Source: a virus
IMG/VR virus record: IMGVR_UViG_3300046003_004989
Coordinates: 64,001-128,000 of that record
DNA length: 64,000 nucleotides
Reading direction: 5' to 3' (one strand)
The translations under genes were made by a program, and so were the position numbers. The notes below the pieces were generated by a model. The model had not been told where the DNA came from. It was given only the letters and a program-made list of their open reading frames with translations, and did no database searches. Of the stretch, positions 8,759 to 18,486 are shown in pieces (positions within the stretch are counted from its first letter, which is position 1; every line of letters begins with the position of its first letter).

Positions 8759-9692
8759 CGAAAAGACTTTTGATGCCTCCGGGAAAGCTAATGGGAGTGG
8801 TTACCTCGGAACCACATTTTTCGCATTCTTTCTTTAAAATTTCTTTAACACCAATTCTACACATATCTGTTAATGAATACATTGTTTGATATTTAGTAGA
8901 ACTCCAAGACATAAATTCAATCTCTAAGTTATTGATTGCTGCTTCATTGAAACCTCTCCATTCTAATTGTAAGTATGGAAGAACTTTGATAAATGATTGG
9001 TCAAGTTTCTTTCCTTCTTGTTGACGTTTTTGGATGTATTTTGTTACTTCCATCATAACACCAATTGAAGGTGGAGTCATGATAATTGTACCATTTGACT
9101 TCGTTTGAATTTCAAATCTACGAGTTTCTTCATTGTAGTATTTTTCCATTTTTTGGTCTACTTCATTATGCTCGAAAGATTCGTTAGTTATTTTAACTTC
9201 ATTTTCATGATTACACTCTTTACAAGGAGTTTTGATAATCAATTGATTTTCACCTTTAGGGAATGTCAAATCTCTTACCGCAAGAATCAAGTGGATTCTG
9301 TCTTCTTCTCGTAAGTCTTTAAATGACATTTGTCTATTAGGTTGTCTAATCATTAAACAAGATTTCAAGATTTCATTTAATGCTTCATCAATAGAAAATG
9401 GATCTTGTTCATTAATGGTAGAAAAGTGTCTTACTTCTCGAACTTCTGCTGAACGGATAAAAAATCTAGTTCCAGTAGGATAGAAAAGTCCTTTTGATGG
9501 GAAGTTCTCTGACCAAGTTTCGATGTAGCCAGGAAGTAAAGCTGGTTCATCACGTCCTTCATTTTCATAGCCTGTTGCTTTTCCAAGTGAAGTAATTTTT
9601 GGTTGTTCTTGTTGTGTTTCTTCAGTCTGATTTGCATTGAATTCTCTTGATTCCATGTCTCTTTCAGCTGCGTTTTCAAATTCTTTACTCAT
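8727..9692 (-). CDS. gp26-like baseplate hub / tail assembly chaperone
   Basis: PSKGLFY, D-R-x-x-L-I-L-A-V-R and two CxxC motifs; position upstream of the tape measure gene. Confidence 0.7.
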   Translation of the reverse strand: MSKEFENAAERDMESREFNANQTEETQQEQPKITSLGKATGYENEGRDEPALLPGYIETWSENFPSKGLFYPTGTRFFIRSAEVREVRHFSTINEQDPFSIDEALNEILKSCLMIRQPNRQMSFKDLREEDRIHLILAVRDLTFPKGENQLIIKTPCKECNHENEVKITNESFEHNEVDQKMEKYYNEETRRFEIQTKSNGTIIMTPPSIGVMMEVTKYIQKRQQEGKKLDQSFIKVLPYLQLEWRGFNEAAINNLEIEFMSWSSTKYQTMYSLTDMCRIGVKEILKKECEKCGSEVTTPISFPGGIKSLFVVSDISGELL

Positions 9693-9942
9693 GTTCTATT
9701 TGATTTGTTTGATTTTCAAATTTTGTTTGTTTGATAATTTCTTTTACTTTGTCGTTAACAAAGGATGTTTGTTCCCCTTCATACTCTTTTATGTGATTAA
9801 GTATGAGCTCTCGAACATAGGCTGAGCTTGTCATTAGTTTGCCTTTCTGTAAAGACCAATTTAGAATGATGTTTTTTAGCTTATGATGGTCCGAGCTGGA
9901 GAGGAGAACTTGAATCTTTTCGTCTTTGTTCTCTTTACTCAT
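9685..9942 (-). CDS. Small protein, possible ribbon-helix-helix DNA binder
   Basis: KIQVLLS strand followed by helices and SAYVRELI; preceded by a late promoter. Confidence 0.5.
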   Translation of the reverse strand: MSKENKDEKIQVLLSSSDHHKLKNIILNWSLQKGKLMTSSAYVRELILNHIKEYEGEQTSFVNDKVKEIIKQTKFENQTNQIEHE

Positions 9943-9958
9943 AGATCGAATTTTATTG

Positions 9959-9966
9959 TATATATC
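9959..9966 (-). promoter_or_regulatory. Late promoter GATATATA
   Basis: Motif recurs upstream of about 12 structural genes. Confidence 0.65.
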
Positions 9967-10080
9967 TCAGATCTATGATAAAATAATCAAGTAACAATAT
10001 ATTATTTTATTCAAAAAGACAAACCAATAGAGGCCATCTGAGGAACTTTGGGTAGTTGTATTGATGAACTAATATAACAC

Positions 10081-10117
10081 AAAAAAGGGACTATCAGTAT
10101 TACACTGAGAGTCCCTT
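10081..10117 (-). terminator. Rho-independent terminator after the topoisomerase gene
   Basis: AAGGGACT...AGTCCCTT stem followed by a T run on the minus strand. Confidence 0.7.
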
Positions 10118-10161
10118 GCATCAAATTAAAACTATATGATAATGGAATTTCTTCCGTTTGT

Positions 10162-11544
10162 TTATTTAGCTATTTTCTTACGTAGCTCTTTCAAATCTGA
10201 TTGATACCAATCCGTTGGAATAATTGCTTGAACTCGTTTAGTTTCAGCTTCATTTTCACCGATTTGTTTAAGTAGCTCTTCATATTTTTCTTTCGTTAAA
10301 GAGTGAATAGCCATACTTAAAAGGTAGTCGTAAGAATCTTCTGTCTTATCGAATTTTGCTTTCTCTAAATCTGTGATGATATCTGCTTTTGGTCGATTGT
10401 TAACTTTCAATTTTCCATCAATAATCATCTTAATGAACTTAGCTCGATTTGACATCTTGCTATTTTGTTCTTCTAATTGATTAACTAAATAGCTTTTACG
10501 CTTATCGTAGAAGGTTAAACGGAATTTAACAAAATGATTGATTAACTCAGTAACGGATTTGAAGATAATCAGCTTACCGTTTTCGTCAAGACATGTAATA
10601 TTTTCTGTTTCATTTTCAACTAATTTCAAAGTGCTTTCTAAATTGTCTTTAGCAATTCGATTTGCTAATTCTTGTCTAGAGAATTTGATTGTATAGCTAA
10701 TATCAGTTTTTGTAGAATTGTCATCGTAATATGAGATGATGTTTTTCTCTTGCAACCAATTCAAATGAGCTTCATATTTTTGATATGTCATAGACGGTGG
10801 CAATTCAGTAACTTTTACGGTTGTAGTGTTTTGAACTTCATATCTTCCTTTGATTTGAAATGAACTTGTTGCTACATCAGATTTTGTAACTATTCCATTG
10901 AAACCATTCCACCAAGGAAGTGGCTCTTGGAATTTTTTTCCTTCTAATGATTTGAGAGATGCATCGATTAAGTCAACTGCATTTCGATTCAAGATGTTTG
11001 TCGAGAAACCTACAGCGATACCAGAAGAACCGTTAAGCAGAACTGCTGGAATAATCGGTAAGAAGAATGTTGGTTCAATTTCATAACCTTCTTCGTATTG
11101 AGATTCGAGTAACTCGAAGTCTTTATAAAGTAGTCGGAAATTACCATTCAATTTAGTTGATATGTATCGAGCAGCACCTGGTTCTGGAGAACGAAGTGAA
11201 CCGAATTGACCGATACCGTCAAGAAGTGGCATCGAATTCTTAAATGTTTGAGCCATACCGATGATAGCTGAATTCAGTGAAGTATCACCGTGATGATATT
11301 GTGCATCGGATGCAATTTTACCACCGAATTGAAATACTTTAAGTGGTTTGTCATTTCCACCTTTCCAAACTCTATTGGCTACAAAAATAATCTTTCTTTG
11401 TGTTGGTTTGAATCCGTCAATTGCAGAAGGGATAGCTCGATTTTCAATAGTGTACATACCATAGGCTGCATACTCGTTATCAAGATATTCTGTTATTGTT
11501 CTTTGTGGAACTTCGTTCTTAGTAGATTGTGATATCTTCGACAT
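10162..11544 (-). CDS. gp52: Type II DNA topoisomerase, medium subunit (gp52 / GyrA-like)
   Basis: DGFKPTQRK, YHHGD, catalytic GAARY and NGSSGIAVG motifs. Confidence 0.95.
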   Translation of the reverse strand: MSKISQSTKNEVPQRTITEYLDNEYAAYGMYTIENRAIPSAIDGFKPTQRKIIFVANRVWKGGNDKPLKVFQFGGKIASDAQYHHGDTSLNSAIIGMAQTFKNSMPLLDGIGQFGSLRSPEPGAARYISTKLNGNFRLLYKDFELLESQYEEGYEIEPTFFLPIIPAVLLNGSSGIAVGFSTNILNRNAVDLIDASLKSLEGKKFQEPLPWWNGFNGIVTKSDVATSSFQIKGRYEVQNTTTVKVTELPPSMTYQKYEAHLNWLQEKNIISYYDDNSTKTDISYTIKFSRQELANRIAKDNLESTLKLVENETENITCLDENGKLIIFKSVTELINHFVKFRLTFYDKRKSYLVNQLEEQNSKMSNRAKFIKMIIDGKLKVNNRPKADIITDLEKAKFDKTEDSYDYLLSMAIHSLTKEKYEELLKQIGENEAETKRVQAIIPTDWYQSDLKELRKKIAK

Positions 11545-11863
11545 TGTCTAATTGTTTTGCTTTGTAAGTATTTTTTATGAAAGTGTACAAATCGTTATCT
11601 TTCAAAATTTGTTTATGCTGCTTCTTCAATTCTTTTGAAGGAGTCTTACCTTCAGGTTGAAGTGATTTATCCATGATGACTTCTGGCCAATGTGGATTGA
11701 CGACTAAACCGATGGATTCGCATATTTTAGTTATATGTGCTTTATGTTCTTTGTCTATCTTATCGGCTGTAAGACCTTTTCGATTGATTTGAAAAACCCC
11801 TGAGATGTATTCGTGGTAGTCTTCATAAGATTCACCATTTCCTTGTTTGATTACGAGTATCAT
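11519..11863 (-). CDS. Hypothetical protein
   Basis: 114-aa ORF between the topoisomerase subunit genes. Confidence 0.65.
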   Translation of the reverse strand: MILVIKQGNGESYEDYHEYISGVFQINRKGLTADKIDKEHKAHITKICESIGLVVNPHWPEVIMDKSLQPEGKTPSKELKKQHKQILKDNDLYTFIKNTYKAKQLDNVEDITIY

Positions 11864-12015
11864 TATTTAGCGTATTGTAAGTTTAACAATTTGTCTGCTT
11901 TTTTAAGCTCTTTCTTAGCCGATTTGATGTTTCCTGCGAGGGTAAGTTTTAGAGCTTTAATCATTGCTATTCTAGCAGGTGTAGTTTCTTTAGATGATTG
12001 AGATTGCTTACTCAT
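11863..12015 (-). CDS. Small basic protein (50 aa; not in ORF track)
   Basis: Manual translation MSKQSQSSKETTPARIAMIKALKLTLAGNIKSAKKELKKADKLLNLQYAK*; follows early promoter cassette 3; TAATG coupling to the next ORF. Confidence 0.65.
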   Translation of the reverse strand: MSKQSQSSKETTPARIAMIKALKLTLAGNIKSAKKELKKADKLLNLQYAK

Positions 12016-12036
12016 ATTGATGTTTTAATTGTGATA

Positions 12037-12097
12037 TACAAATATAAAACAAAAGTTTCAAATTAAAAAATTTTTATTCAAAAAGTTATTAACAATT
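12037..12097 (-). promoter_or_regulatory. Early promoter cassette 3
   Basis: TATATTTGTATATC plus TTGTTAATAACTTTT box 39 bp upstream. Confidence 0.75.
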
Positions 12098-13933
12098 TTA
12101 GAACTTCAATAATCTGTCTTTACGAGGTTGAGAGTCACCACCAAACCAAGCTTTAAGAGATTCTCGATAAATTGCATCGTTTCTCATTTGTATCGTTTTT
12201 GGATTCGTAATGATTTCCTGATACTCATCATCTTCAAGAGCGGCAAGACCCTTTTTGTATTCTACGTTCCAAGTCTTAGTGTTCGTTTTAGATTCCCATT
12301 CTGCATATTCGTCTTTAGTGTAGAATGAAAGAACTTCCTTACCTTTCTTAGCAACAACCAGTGGAGTAAGAACTCGATAGACAAGACCTTGATCGAATAA
12401 CTCTGGCCAGAACTTGTTAAAGAAATTCATCAATAGACCAGCAATTGCATCACCATCAGGATCGGCATCGGTATAGATTAAAATTTTACCGTATCGAAGA
12501 TTTGCAGGTTCTTCACCTAATCGAAGACCAAGAGAACCCATCAAATTAACAACCTCGTCGTTTTTAATGATTTCTGTGTTCTTCATTTCAGATACGTTCA
12601 AGAACTTACCTTTCAAAGGGAAGGCACCAAATACTTGTGGATCTCGGAATTGTCTTACAGCTGATTTAGCCGAATCACCCTCGAAGATACCGAGAGTACA
12701 CAAATGTCTGTTATCTCTAGCTTTGGCATCAATTAACTTTAAAATCTTGTTTGCATTCAAGTCTTTATTAAGTTTTCTCAATTGTGCTCGTTCATCTGCC
12801 ATTGCTTTCTTTTCAATCCAATCCAAAATAGATGCAACGATCTCTGATCCAAATATTTGTTTAGCAAACCTATCAGAAATTTCATGAAGAGAACCGAATT
12901 CTTTTGGTTCGGTAATAAGTTTCTCTTTAGTTTGAGAAGAGAATGCTGGATTGATTACCGTACAATTGATGAAAATCATCATGTGATTTCTGATATCTGA
13001 AGGTTTGATATCGACTTTATGTTTCTTTTTGATTAATTGTCGTAACTTATCTACGATTTGATTAACGATATAATTAACATGAGTACCACCATCTTTAGTT
13101 TCGACCGAATTGACAAATGAAATTGCTTGGAATCCACCGTTTGTAGGTGATATTGCAATTTCCCAATTTTCAGATCTTTCATAGAAAGCTGATTCGATAT
13201 ACAGCTCTGCATATTCTTTGAATGTACGGAATTTGAATTTCTCTTTATTGAATTGAACTTTCAAATTAGGGTTACATGCAGCGATATCAATTAATCTCTT
13301 ACGAATCATATTGATATGTTCTTCATTAATAGATTGCATATCGAAACGTGAAAGATCTGGAACGTAACTGATTTCTGTGAACTTCCTATCTGATGCTTGT
13401 ACTTTAGCTTCAGATTTCTTACCCATATTATCCGTGAAAGTTTGAACGAAATTATTTTTACCGTCTGCAGTTTTTACTGTGAATTTTTTAGAGAAGATAT
13501 TTGTAAGTGTAGAACCTACACCATTTGTACCTGCAACTGTTCGGTCTTCATCGTCGTTGAAATTTGAACCAGCTCTAAGGTTAGAGAATATCATTTCAGG
13601 AATCCATTGTTTCTGTGTATCATGTATGATTACAGGAATTCCACCATTATCTTGAATTGAGATTTCGTTAGTTTTCTCGTTTATTGATACGGTTACTTGA
13701 TTAAGATTTTGATTACGTTTCGATTCATCGACTGAGTTAGAAACGATTTCGTCGAATAATTTCAGAAAACCTGGATTGTATTGAATTTTCTGCTTTTCGA
13801 ATTTTTGTCCATTGAATAAGTATTCTTCGGAATCATGTGGCTTAGTAGAACCGATATACATTCCAGGTCGTTTGAGAACGTGTTGGATTTCGTCTAGCAG
13901 TTCGTACTTTTTACTGATTTCGGATGTCTTCAT
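12098..13933 (-). CDS. gp39: Type II DNA topoisomerase, large subunit (gp39+gp60 / GyrB-like)
   Basis: HVLKRPGMYIG, GHKL motifs (EIVSNSVD, DNGG, GTNGVG), EGDSA, PLKGK, DADPDG, YKKGL. Confidence 0.95.
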   Translation of the reverse strand: MKTSEISKKYELLDEIQHVLKRPGMYIGSTKPHDSEEYLFNGQKFEKQKIQYNPGFLKLFDEIVSNSVDESKRNQNLNQVTVSINEKTNEISIQDNGGIPVIIHDTQKQWIPEMIFSNLRAGSNFNDDEDRTVAGTNGVGSTLTNIFSKKFTVKTADGKNNFVQTFTDNMGKKSEAKVQASDRKFTEISYVPDLSRFDMQSINEEHINMIRKRLIDIAACNPNLKVQFNKEKFKFRTFKEYAELYIESAFYERSENWEIAISPTNGGFQAISFVNSVETKDGGTHVNYIVNQIVDKLRQLIKKKHKVDIKPSDIRNHMMIFINCTVINPAFSSQTKEKLITEPKEFGSLHEISDRFAKQIFGSEIVASILDWIEKKAMADERAQLRKLNKDLNANKILKLIDAKARDNRHLCTLGIFEGDSAKSAVRQFRDPQVFGAFPLKGKFLNVSEMKNTEIIKNDEVVNLMGSLGLRLGEEPANLRYGKILIYTDADPDGDAIAGLLMNFFNKFWPELFDQGLVYRVLTPLVVAKKGKEVLSFYTKDEYAEWESKTNTKTWNVEYKKGLAALEDDEYQEIITNPKTIQMRNDAIYRESLKAWFGGDSQPRKDRLLKF

Positions 13934-13958
13934 ATATGACTTTTTAGATATTTTGTTG

Positions 13959-13987
13959 TTTTATGACGTATTATGTATCGTGGTTTT
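13959..13987 (-). promoter_or_regulatory. Putative ECF-type (middle) promoter AAAAC-N17-CATAAAA
   Basis: Shares AAAACCACGA and CATAAAA with the site at 29303-29330. Confidence 0.55.
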
Positions 13988-14341
13988 TTAAGAGACTTTA
14001 GTAATGCTAAGGTAACCGTTATAACCTTTACATTTACCTGTACTACAAGTTACATAGTGCATTGCATATGTTTCAGTAGCTTCTTTAAGTGTTTTTCGTT
14101 CGTCCGAAACAGCCCATTCATCTACTAATGTGATAAATGCAGAAACATTTTTACCAGTAGAGTAGTTATGTTGTTTTCTGTATTGTTTATCACCATACAT
14201 AGTGAAAAGCATTTTTGCTAGTTTCCAATTTGAATCGTTTTTACGAACCGGAACACCGAAGTCGCAAGCATCGTCATAGATTTGAATTGATTCAGATTGA
14301 ATTTGATTTAATGCGTGGTAACCTTCTCTGTAAATTGCCAT
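13988..14341 (-). CDS. Hypothetical protein
   Basis: Start moved to ATG 14341 (MAIYREG), downstream of early promoter cassette 4. Confidence 0.65.
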   Translation of the reverse strand: MAIYREGYHALNQIQSESIQIYDDACDFGVPVRKNDSNWKLAKMLFTMYGDKQYRKQHNYSTGKNVSAFITLVDEWAVSDERKTLKEATETYAMHYVTCSTGKCKGYNGYLSITKVS

Positions 14342-14363
14342 ATTGTAATTGATTAATTTGATA

Positions 14364-14424
14364 TACAAATATAAAACAATTATTTGTAAATAAAAAATAA
14401 AGTTTCAAAAAGTTATTAACAATT
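14364..14424 (-). promoter_or_regulatory. Early promoter cassette 4
   Basis: TATATTTGTATATCAAATTAATC plus box 39 bp upstream. Confidence 0.75.
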
Positions 14425-14433
14425 TCTCTACAC

Positions 14434-14461
14434 AAAAAGGGACCCAAATATGAGTCCCTTT
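14434..14461 (-). terminator. Terminator after the tail tube gene
   Basis: AAAGGGAC...GTCCCTTT stem plus T run. Confidence 0.7.
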
Positions 14462-14486
14462 GAAATTCTTTAAAAGTTGATGAAGA

Positions 14487-15038
14487 TTAAACGATGTTTT
14501 CTTCCCACCAATCAGAGTTAAATTTAACCTCCATTGCTAGAGCATCAGATGATTGATAATCTAAAGCGAATTCAGGCAAATCTCCTGTTGGGAAACAGTC
14601 ATGGAAAGTTCTTTGCCAAAAGATATCACCTTTACGGTTGTAGTTAGTAACGATAATCGTTCCTATGTAGTCTTTCTTAAGACCTTGTTCTCCTGTAAGA
14701 GGATTGAAGATAATTCTAGACCAATTACGTAAAGTTTTGTACACATATAATTCGTTAGCGTCGTTCAAGTTAAGAGAAAAATCTATACTTAATGTATTGA
14801 CAGTATCTGTCGGCAGTCCACCTGCGTAAGAACGTTTTGCGAATTTGTATGATTGTGTGATTGCTTCTGTACCTCTATCTTGAGTAAGACCACCGATTTT
14901 ATTAACGTGCTCTAGTAAAATAGATCCTCCACTAACAGTAGCAGGAGGCATCAGCGTTACTTCAAACAAGTTGCCATAAAATGGCTCAAACCATCTAGAC
15001 GAAGCTTTTGCATTTTGATAATGTGGTAAACCTGGCAT
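14487..15038 (-). CDS. gp19: Tail tube protein (gp19-like)
   Basis: 183 aa directly after the sheath; NLFEV, KKDYIG, FHDCFP and C-terminal FNSDWWE patterns. Confidence 0.8.
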   Translation of the reverse strand: MPGLPHYQNAKASSRWFEPFYGNLFEVTLMPPATVSGGSILLEHVNKIGGLTQDRGTEAITQSYKFAKRSYAGGLPTDTVNTLSIDFSLNLNDANELYVYKTLRNWSRIIFNPLTGEQGLKKDYIGTIIVTNYNRKGDIFWQRTFHDCFPTGDLPEFALDYQSSDALAMEVKFNSDWWEENIV

Positions 15039-15059
15039 TGTATATTTTCTTATTTTTAT

Positions 15060-15067
15060 TATTTATC
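15060..15067 (-). promoter_or_regulatory. Late promoter GATAAATA
   Basis: Recurrent motif upstream of the tail tube gene. Confidence 0.65.
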
Positions 15068-15077
15068 ACGATTTGAG

Positions 15078-15112
15078 AAAAAGAGAAAGCCGACCGATTA
15101 AAATCGGCTTTT
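15078..15112 (-). terminator. Terminator after the tail sheath gene
   Basis: AAAGCCGA...TCGGCTTT stem plus T-rich tail. Confidence 0.65.
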
Positions 15113-15123
15113 CTTTATATTTC

Positions 15124-18100
15124 TTACAAGAAGTTACCTGTAGCGATAGTACCAGTTCTTAGAATTGTAGTTCTGTGAACTAAGATACCCATACCTCTAA
15201 CTGGTTCGATGTAAGTATCTAAGATACCAATGTTATTATCGATTACTTCGTTAGTGTTATTTGTGCTATCCATGATATTTTGGAAGTCGTAAACTCCACC
15301 GTCAGCTAAAACTTGAGATAAGAAGTTATCTGCTAAAGTTTTGATTTCTAAACGATTTTGAGCAGTATTGAATTCCCAACGGTAATTTTTAAGAATTGCT
15401 TCTATACCATCTTGGATGTAAATTAGCAATTCACGAACGTGTACTTGTGAAAGTGCTGATTTAACAGTTTGTTGAGCAGTTTGGTTAGCGTTGATAGTTA
15501 AACCAAAACCTCTCTTATTTACAATTGCATTGTAACCAAATGGTTCAATCCAATCTAGATCAGTTCTATCGAAGTTATATTCAACCCCTACTAGACCAGC
15601 CCCAGTTACTACTCCTCTACGAGGACCTGCAACGATTGAGTATGGAAGAGCTAGAGTATACTTATCGATGAATAAGTTAGATACGTGACCAGCAGGTGGT
15701 ACAGAAACATTAGATCCATTTTCACGGATAACTAAGTTAGGACCATAGAATCCGGCATAATTAGCACCATCAGCAATACCTGGAAGGTTGAAGATATTTG
15801 AAGGGTTTAAGTTCAAGTTACCACCAGTAGGTACATATTGAGTATCAAATGATTGAGTTGTATCAAATTTGAATAATGGGTTAGTACTATCTTTAAATTG
15901 TTTTACAGAAGGCATGTTACAGATTGCCAATGCTGATTGACGATTCTTAGCAAGCTTAGTAAGACGTATTTTAGATGCAGGTTCAATTAAACCTTGGAAT
16001 GAATCCACGATATAACGGAATGTAATAACTTCACGATCTTCTAAAGCTTGAGCGATATTAGAATTGTACATTACATCTAGAATTGCATTCTGACGATCAC
16101 CTGTACCATTCGGCATTTGTGCGTCTCTTAAGGCATAACCATTAAGTGAAGAGAAACGGTAGTGTTCTACAAAGTTTCTAATGTCTTGATATCTTTCAAC
16201 TTCAGCGATTCCACCACTTACATTAACGTAGATTGGATCGTTAGTTGTTACTTTAATTTTTTGATATGTAGCAGCATCTAATGGATTCGAGTATTGAACT
16301 ACTGAAATAATTCTAGTTAAACGAGATTTTCCAGTTAGAGGGCTTATATTAGTTGGAGTTGAAGTTCCACCAAAGTTTTGTACCAAGTACTGTCCTTTGA
16401 TAATTTTTCCATTGTAGCCATTCAATCCTAAAGGACCGTTAGCTGAGTTATCCAACCAAATTGTAGTTGTAGGATCTGCAGGAGTTAATGTCGCATCAAC
16501 TTCTAAAGATTCATTGATATTACCAGTGTAAGATCTGAATGCGAATGTTGTTCCAGCAGGAATAGTTTGTGCTGAACCTGTCAATCCTGGGAAAAGGAAT
16601 GAAGAAACAGTTGAGAAGTTAATTATTCTATTGAAGATTGGGTTAACTCCATTGAATTGTGTAGTATAACCTGATGAGAAGTTATTTGTACCACCTCTTG
16701 TAAATTCAACATAAGTGAATGTAGCACCAGTTCCATTGAAACCTGTTGCAGAGAATGCTATTCTATCTCCATCAGTAATAAGACCATTCAAGTTTGCTTG
16801 ATAGATATCTGAATCTTGTCCAGCTAAAATACCAGCAGTAGCACCTGTATCGTTATATTTCCATGCATTTGAACGGATAATAGTTGCAGTTGCAGTTCCA
16901 CCACCATTTGTAACACCAGCACCACCAATATAATACCAACCTAAGCTAGTAGAAGTAGGACCAGCAACTGTAGATGTAGAATCTTGAGTTAAAGGAATTT
17001 TAACTGTTAGTGTGTTAGTTGTAAGGTTAAGTTCTTTAGAATTAATTCCAATGTAATTAGCATTACCAGTTGCACCTCCAACAGCAAATACTGAACCTGG
17101 AAGGAATGATTTTCCAACAGCTATTGTAGCAGCAAAAGCTTCGAATTGAGCTTGTGATGTAAAGTATGAAGTAAACAATGGAGGCATAGCTGATGAAGCA
17201 GGACCGTAGATTGTTAATGTATCATAATAACCTGTACCACCAACTGAAGTCCAACCTGTACCACCAGAAGTTAAAGCGGTAGAAGCAGTATATAAAGCTT
17301 GAGCACCTGTAGTTCCAGCAGTTGCAGAAACTATGAAAGGGATCGTAATAGCTGTAGCACCATTAGAAGCTCTATAAACTAAGTCTTCTTGAATCGAACC
17401 GTAATAAGAAAGGAATTCAATAATACCTTCTGGGTTTGATTCTAAAGTATGACCTACTGTATCAATTAAGTCACCAGAAACTCTACGAGATTCACCAGCA
17501 ATACTGAATGGATCATCGTCAAAAGCATCAGGGTTAAGAGCCATAAGTAAACCTGTTTTAGATGTTTCTAAGTTTACTAGGTCTTGAATATAGATATTGT
17601 TACCATTTTTATCTTGGAATTCTGGAATCATAGCACCAGTATAAACTCCAAGTACATTAACTTGAGGTAAAGCAAGGAAAGAAGTAAGACCGTCTCTTTC
17701 GAAACCGAATTGGTCGATGATAGTCTTTTTAACTCCTGTAGCATCGAAATAAGGTCCGAAGATTGGATCGATTGCTAATGTTGTGTAAGATGAGAAGTCA
17801 CCTTCAACTACTATTACGTCGATCATATAATCAGTAACGTAATCATTTTCATTCATCCAGAAAGGAACTTTACCAACACCGAACCAGTCTTTTGCAAGAA
17901 CATCAAATCCAAGAACATCGGATTTACGAGTAATTACAGAGATAGGTTTTCTACCAACGTTAGAGAAGTTAAGTAGTCTGTTTTGAGAAAGTGATTGGTT
18001 TGCTGCAGCTGAAGTGATTAAAGCTGCTGGATCTGTGAACCAGAATTTATCTTTATTGAAGAACGAAGATACTGGAGCAGAATCTACAACACCGTTAACA

Positions 18101-18441
18101 TCTGTTGCACATGTTGAAATTGATTGAAAGTTTGAAGTATCTAGTACGTCATCTAAATTTAAAAGGTTTAGAACGATCACTGGTCCTCTGTCTAAGCAAG
18201 TTAATGCTGTTCTGTGGAAGAATGAACCTTTACGCTCTAATGTCGTATCAATGTCTCCAAAGATATCCTTGAAGAAAACATTGTCTTGTACAAACACTGG
18301 AGTGTTGAATGGTCCTTTCTTTGAGAATCCAATAATTAAACGGATAGTCTCAGAGGGGATGTTAGTGATTTGGCTCTTATCAAATTCTAGACGGTAAACA
18401 CCACTAGATTTGAATTGTTGTAAGCTTGGTGATAGTGCCAT
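15124..18441 (-). CDS. gp18: Contractile tail sheath protein (gp18-like) with large central insertion
   Basis: SGVYRLEFD, GFSKKGPFNTP, PPAGHV, AGPRRG, HVRELL and WEFN sheath motifs. Confidence 0.9.
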   Translation of the reverse strand: MALSPSLQQFKSSGVYRLEFDKSQITNIPSETIRLIIGFSKKGPFNTPVFVQDNVFFKDIFGDIDTTLERKGSFFHRTALTCLDRGPVIVLNLLNLDDVLDTSNFQSISTCATDVNGVVDSAPVSSFFNKDKFWFTDPAALITSAAANQSLSQNRLLNFSNVGRKPISVITRKSDVLGFDVLAKDWFGVGKVPFWMNENDYVTDYMIDVIVVEGDFSSYTTLAIDPIFGPYFDATGVKKTIIDQFGFERDGLTSFLALPQVNVLGVYTGAMIPEFQDKNGNNIYIQDLVNLETSKTGLLMALNPDAFDDDPFSIAGESRRVSGDLIDTVGHTLESNPEGIIEFLSYYGSIQEDLVYRASNGATAITIPFIVSATAGTTGAQALYTASTALTSGGTGWTSVGGTGYYDTLTIYGPASSAMPPLFTSYFTSQAQFEAFAATIAVGKSFLPGSVFAVGGATGNANYIGINSKELNLTTNTLTVKIPLTQDSTSTVAGPTSTSLGWYYIGGAGVTNGGGTATATIIRSNAWKYNDTGATAGILAGQDSDIYQANLNGLITDGDRIAFSATGFNGTGATFTYVEFTRGGTNNFSSGYTTQFNGVNPIFNRIINFSTVSSFLFPGLTGSAQTIPAGTTFAFRSYTGNINESLEVDATLTPADPTTTIWLDNSANGPLGLNGYNGKIIKGQYLVQNFGGTSTPTNISPLTGKSRLTRIISVVQYSNPLDAATYQKIKVTTNDPIYVNVSGGIAEVERYQDIRNFVEHYRFSSLNGYALRDAQMPNGTGDRQNAILDVMYNSNIAQALEDREVITFRYIVDSFQGLIEPASKIRLTKLAKNRQSALAICNMPSVKQFKDSTNPLFKFDTTQSFDTQYVPTGGNLNLNPSNIFNLPGIADGANYAGFYGPNLVIRENGSNVSVPPAGHVSNLFIDKYTLALPYSIVAGPRRGVVTGAGLVGVEYNFDRTDLDWIEPFGYNAIVNKRGFGLTINANQTAQQTVKSALSQVHVRELLIYIQDGIEAILKNYRWEFNTAQNRLEIKTLADNFLSQVLADGGVYDFQNIMDSTNNTNEVIDNNIGILDTYIEPVRGMGILVHRTTILRTGTIATGNFL

Positions 18442-18460
18442 TTGACTCTAATTTTTTTAT

Positions 18461-18468
18461 TATATATC
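18461..18468 (-). promoter_or_regulatory. Late promoter GATATATA
   Basis: Recurrent motif upstream of the sheath gene. Confidence 0.65.
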
Positions 18469-18486
18469 TCAGACTCTATAGCATAT

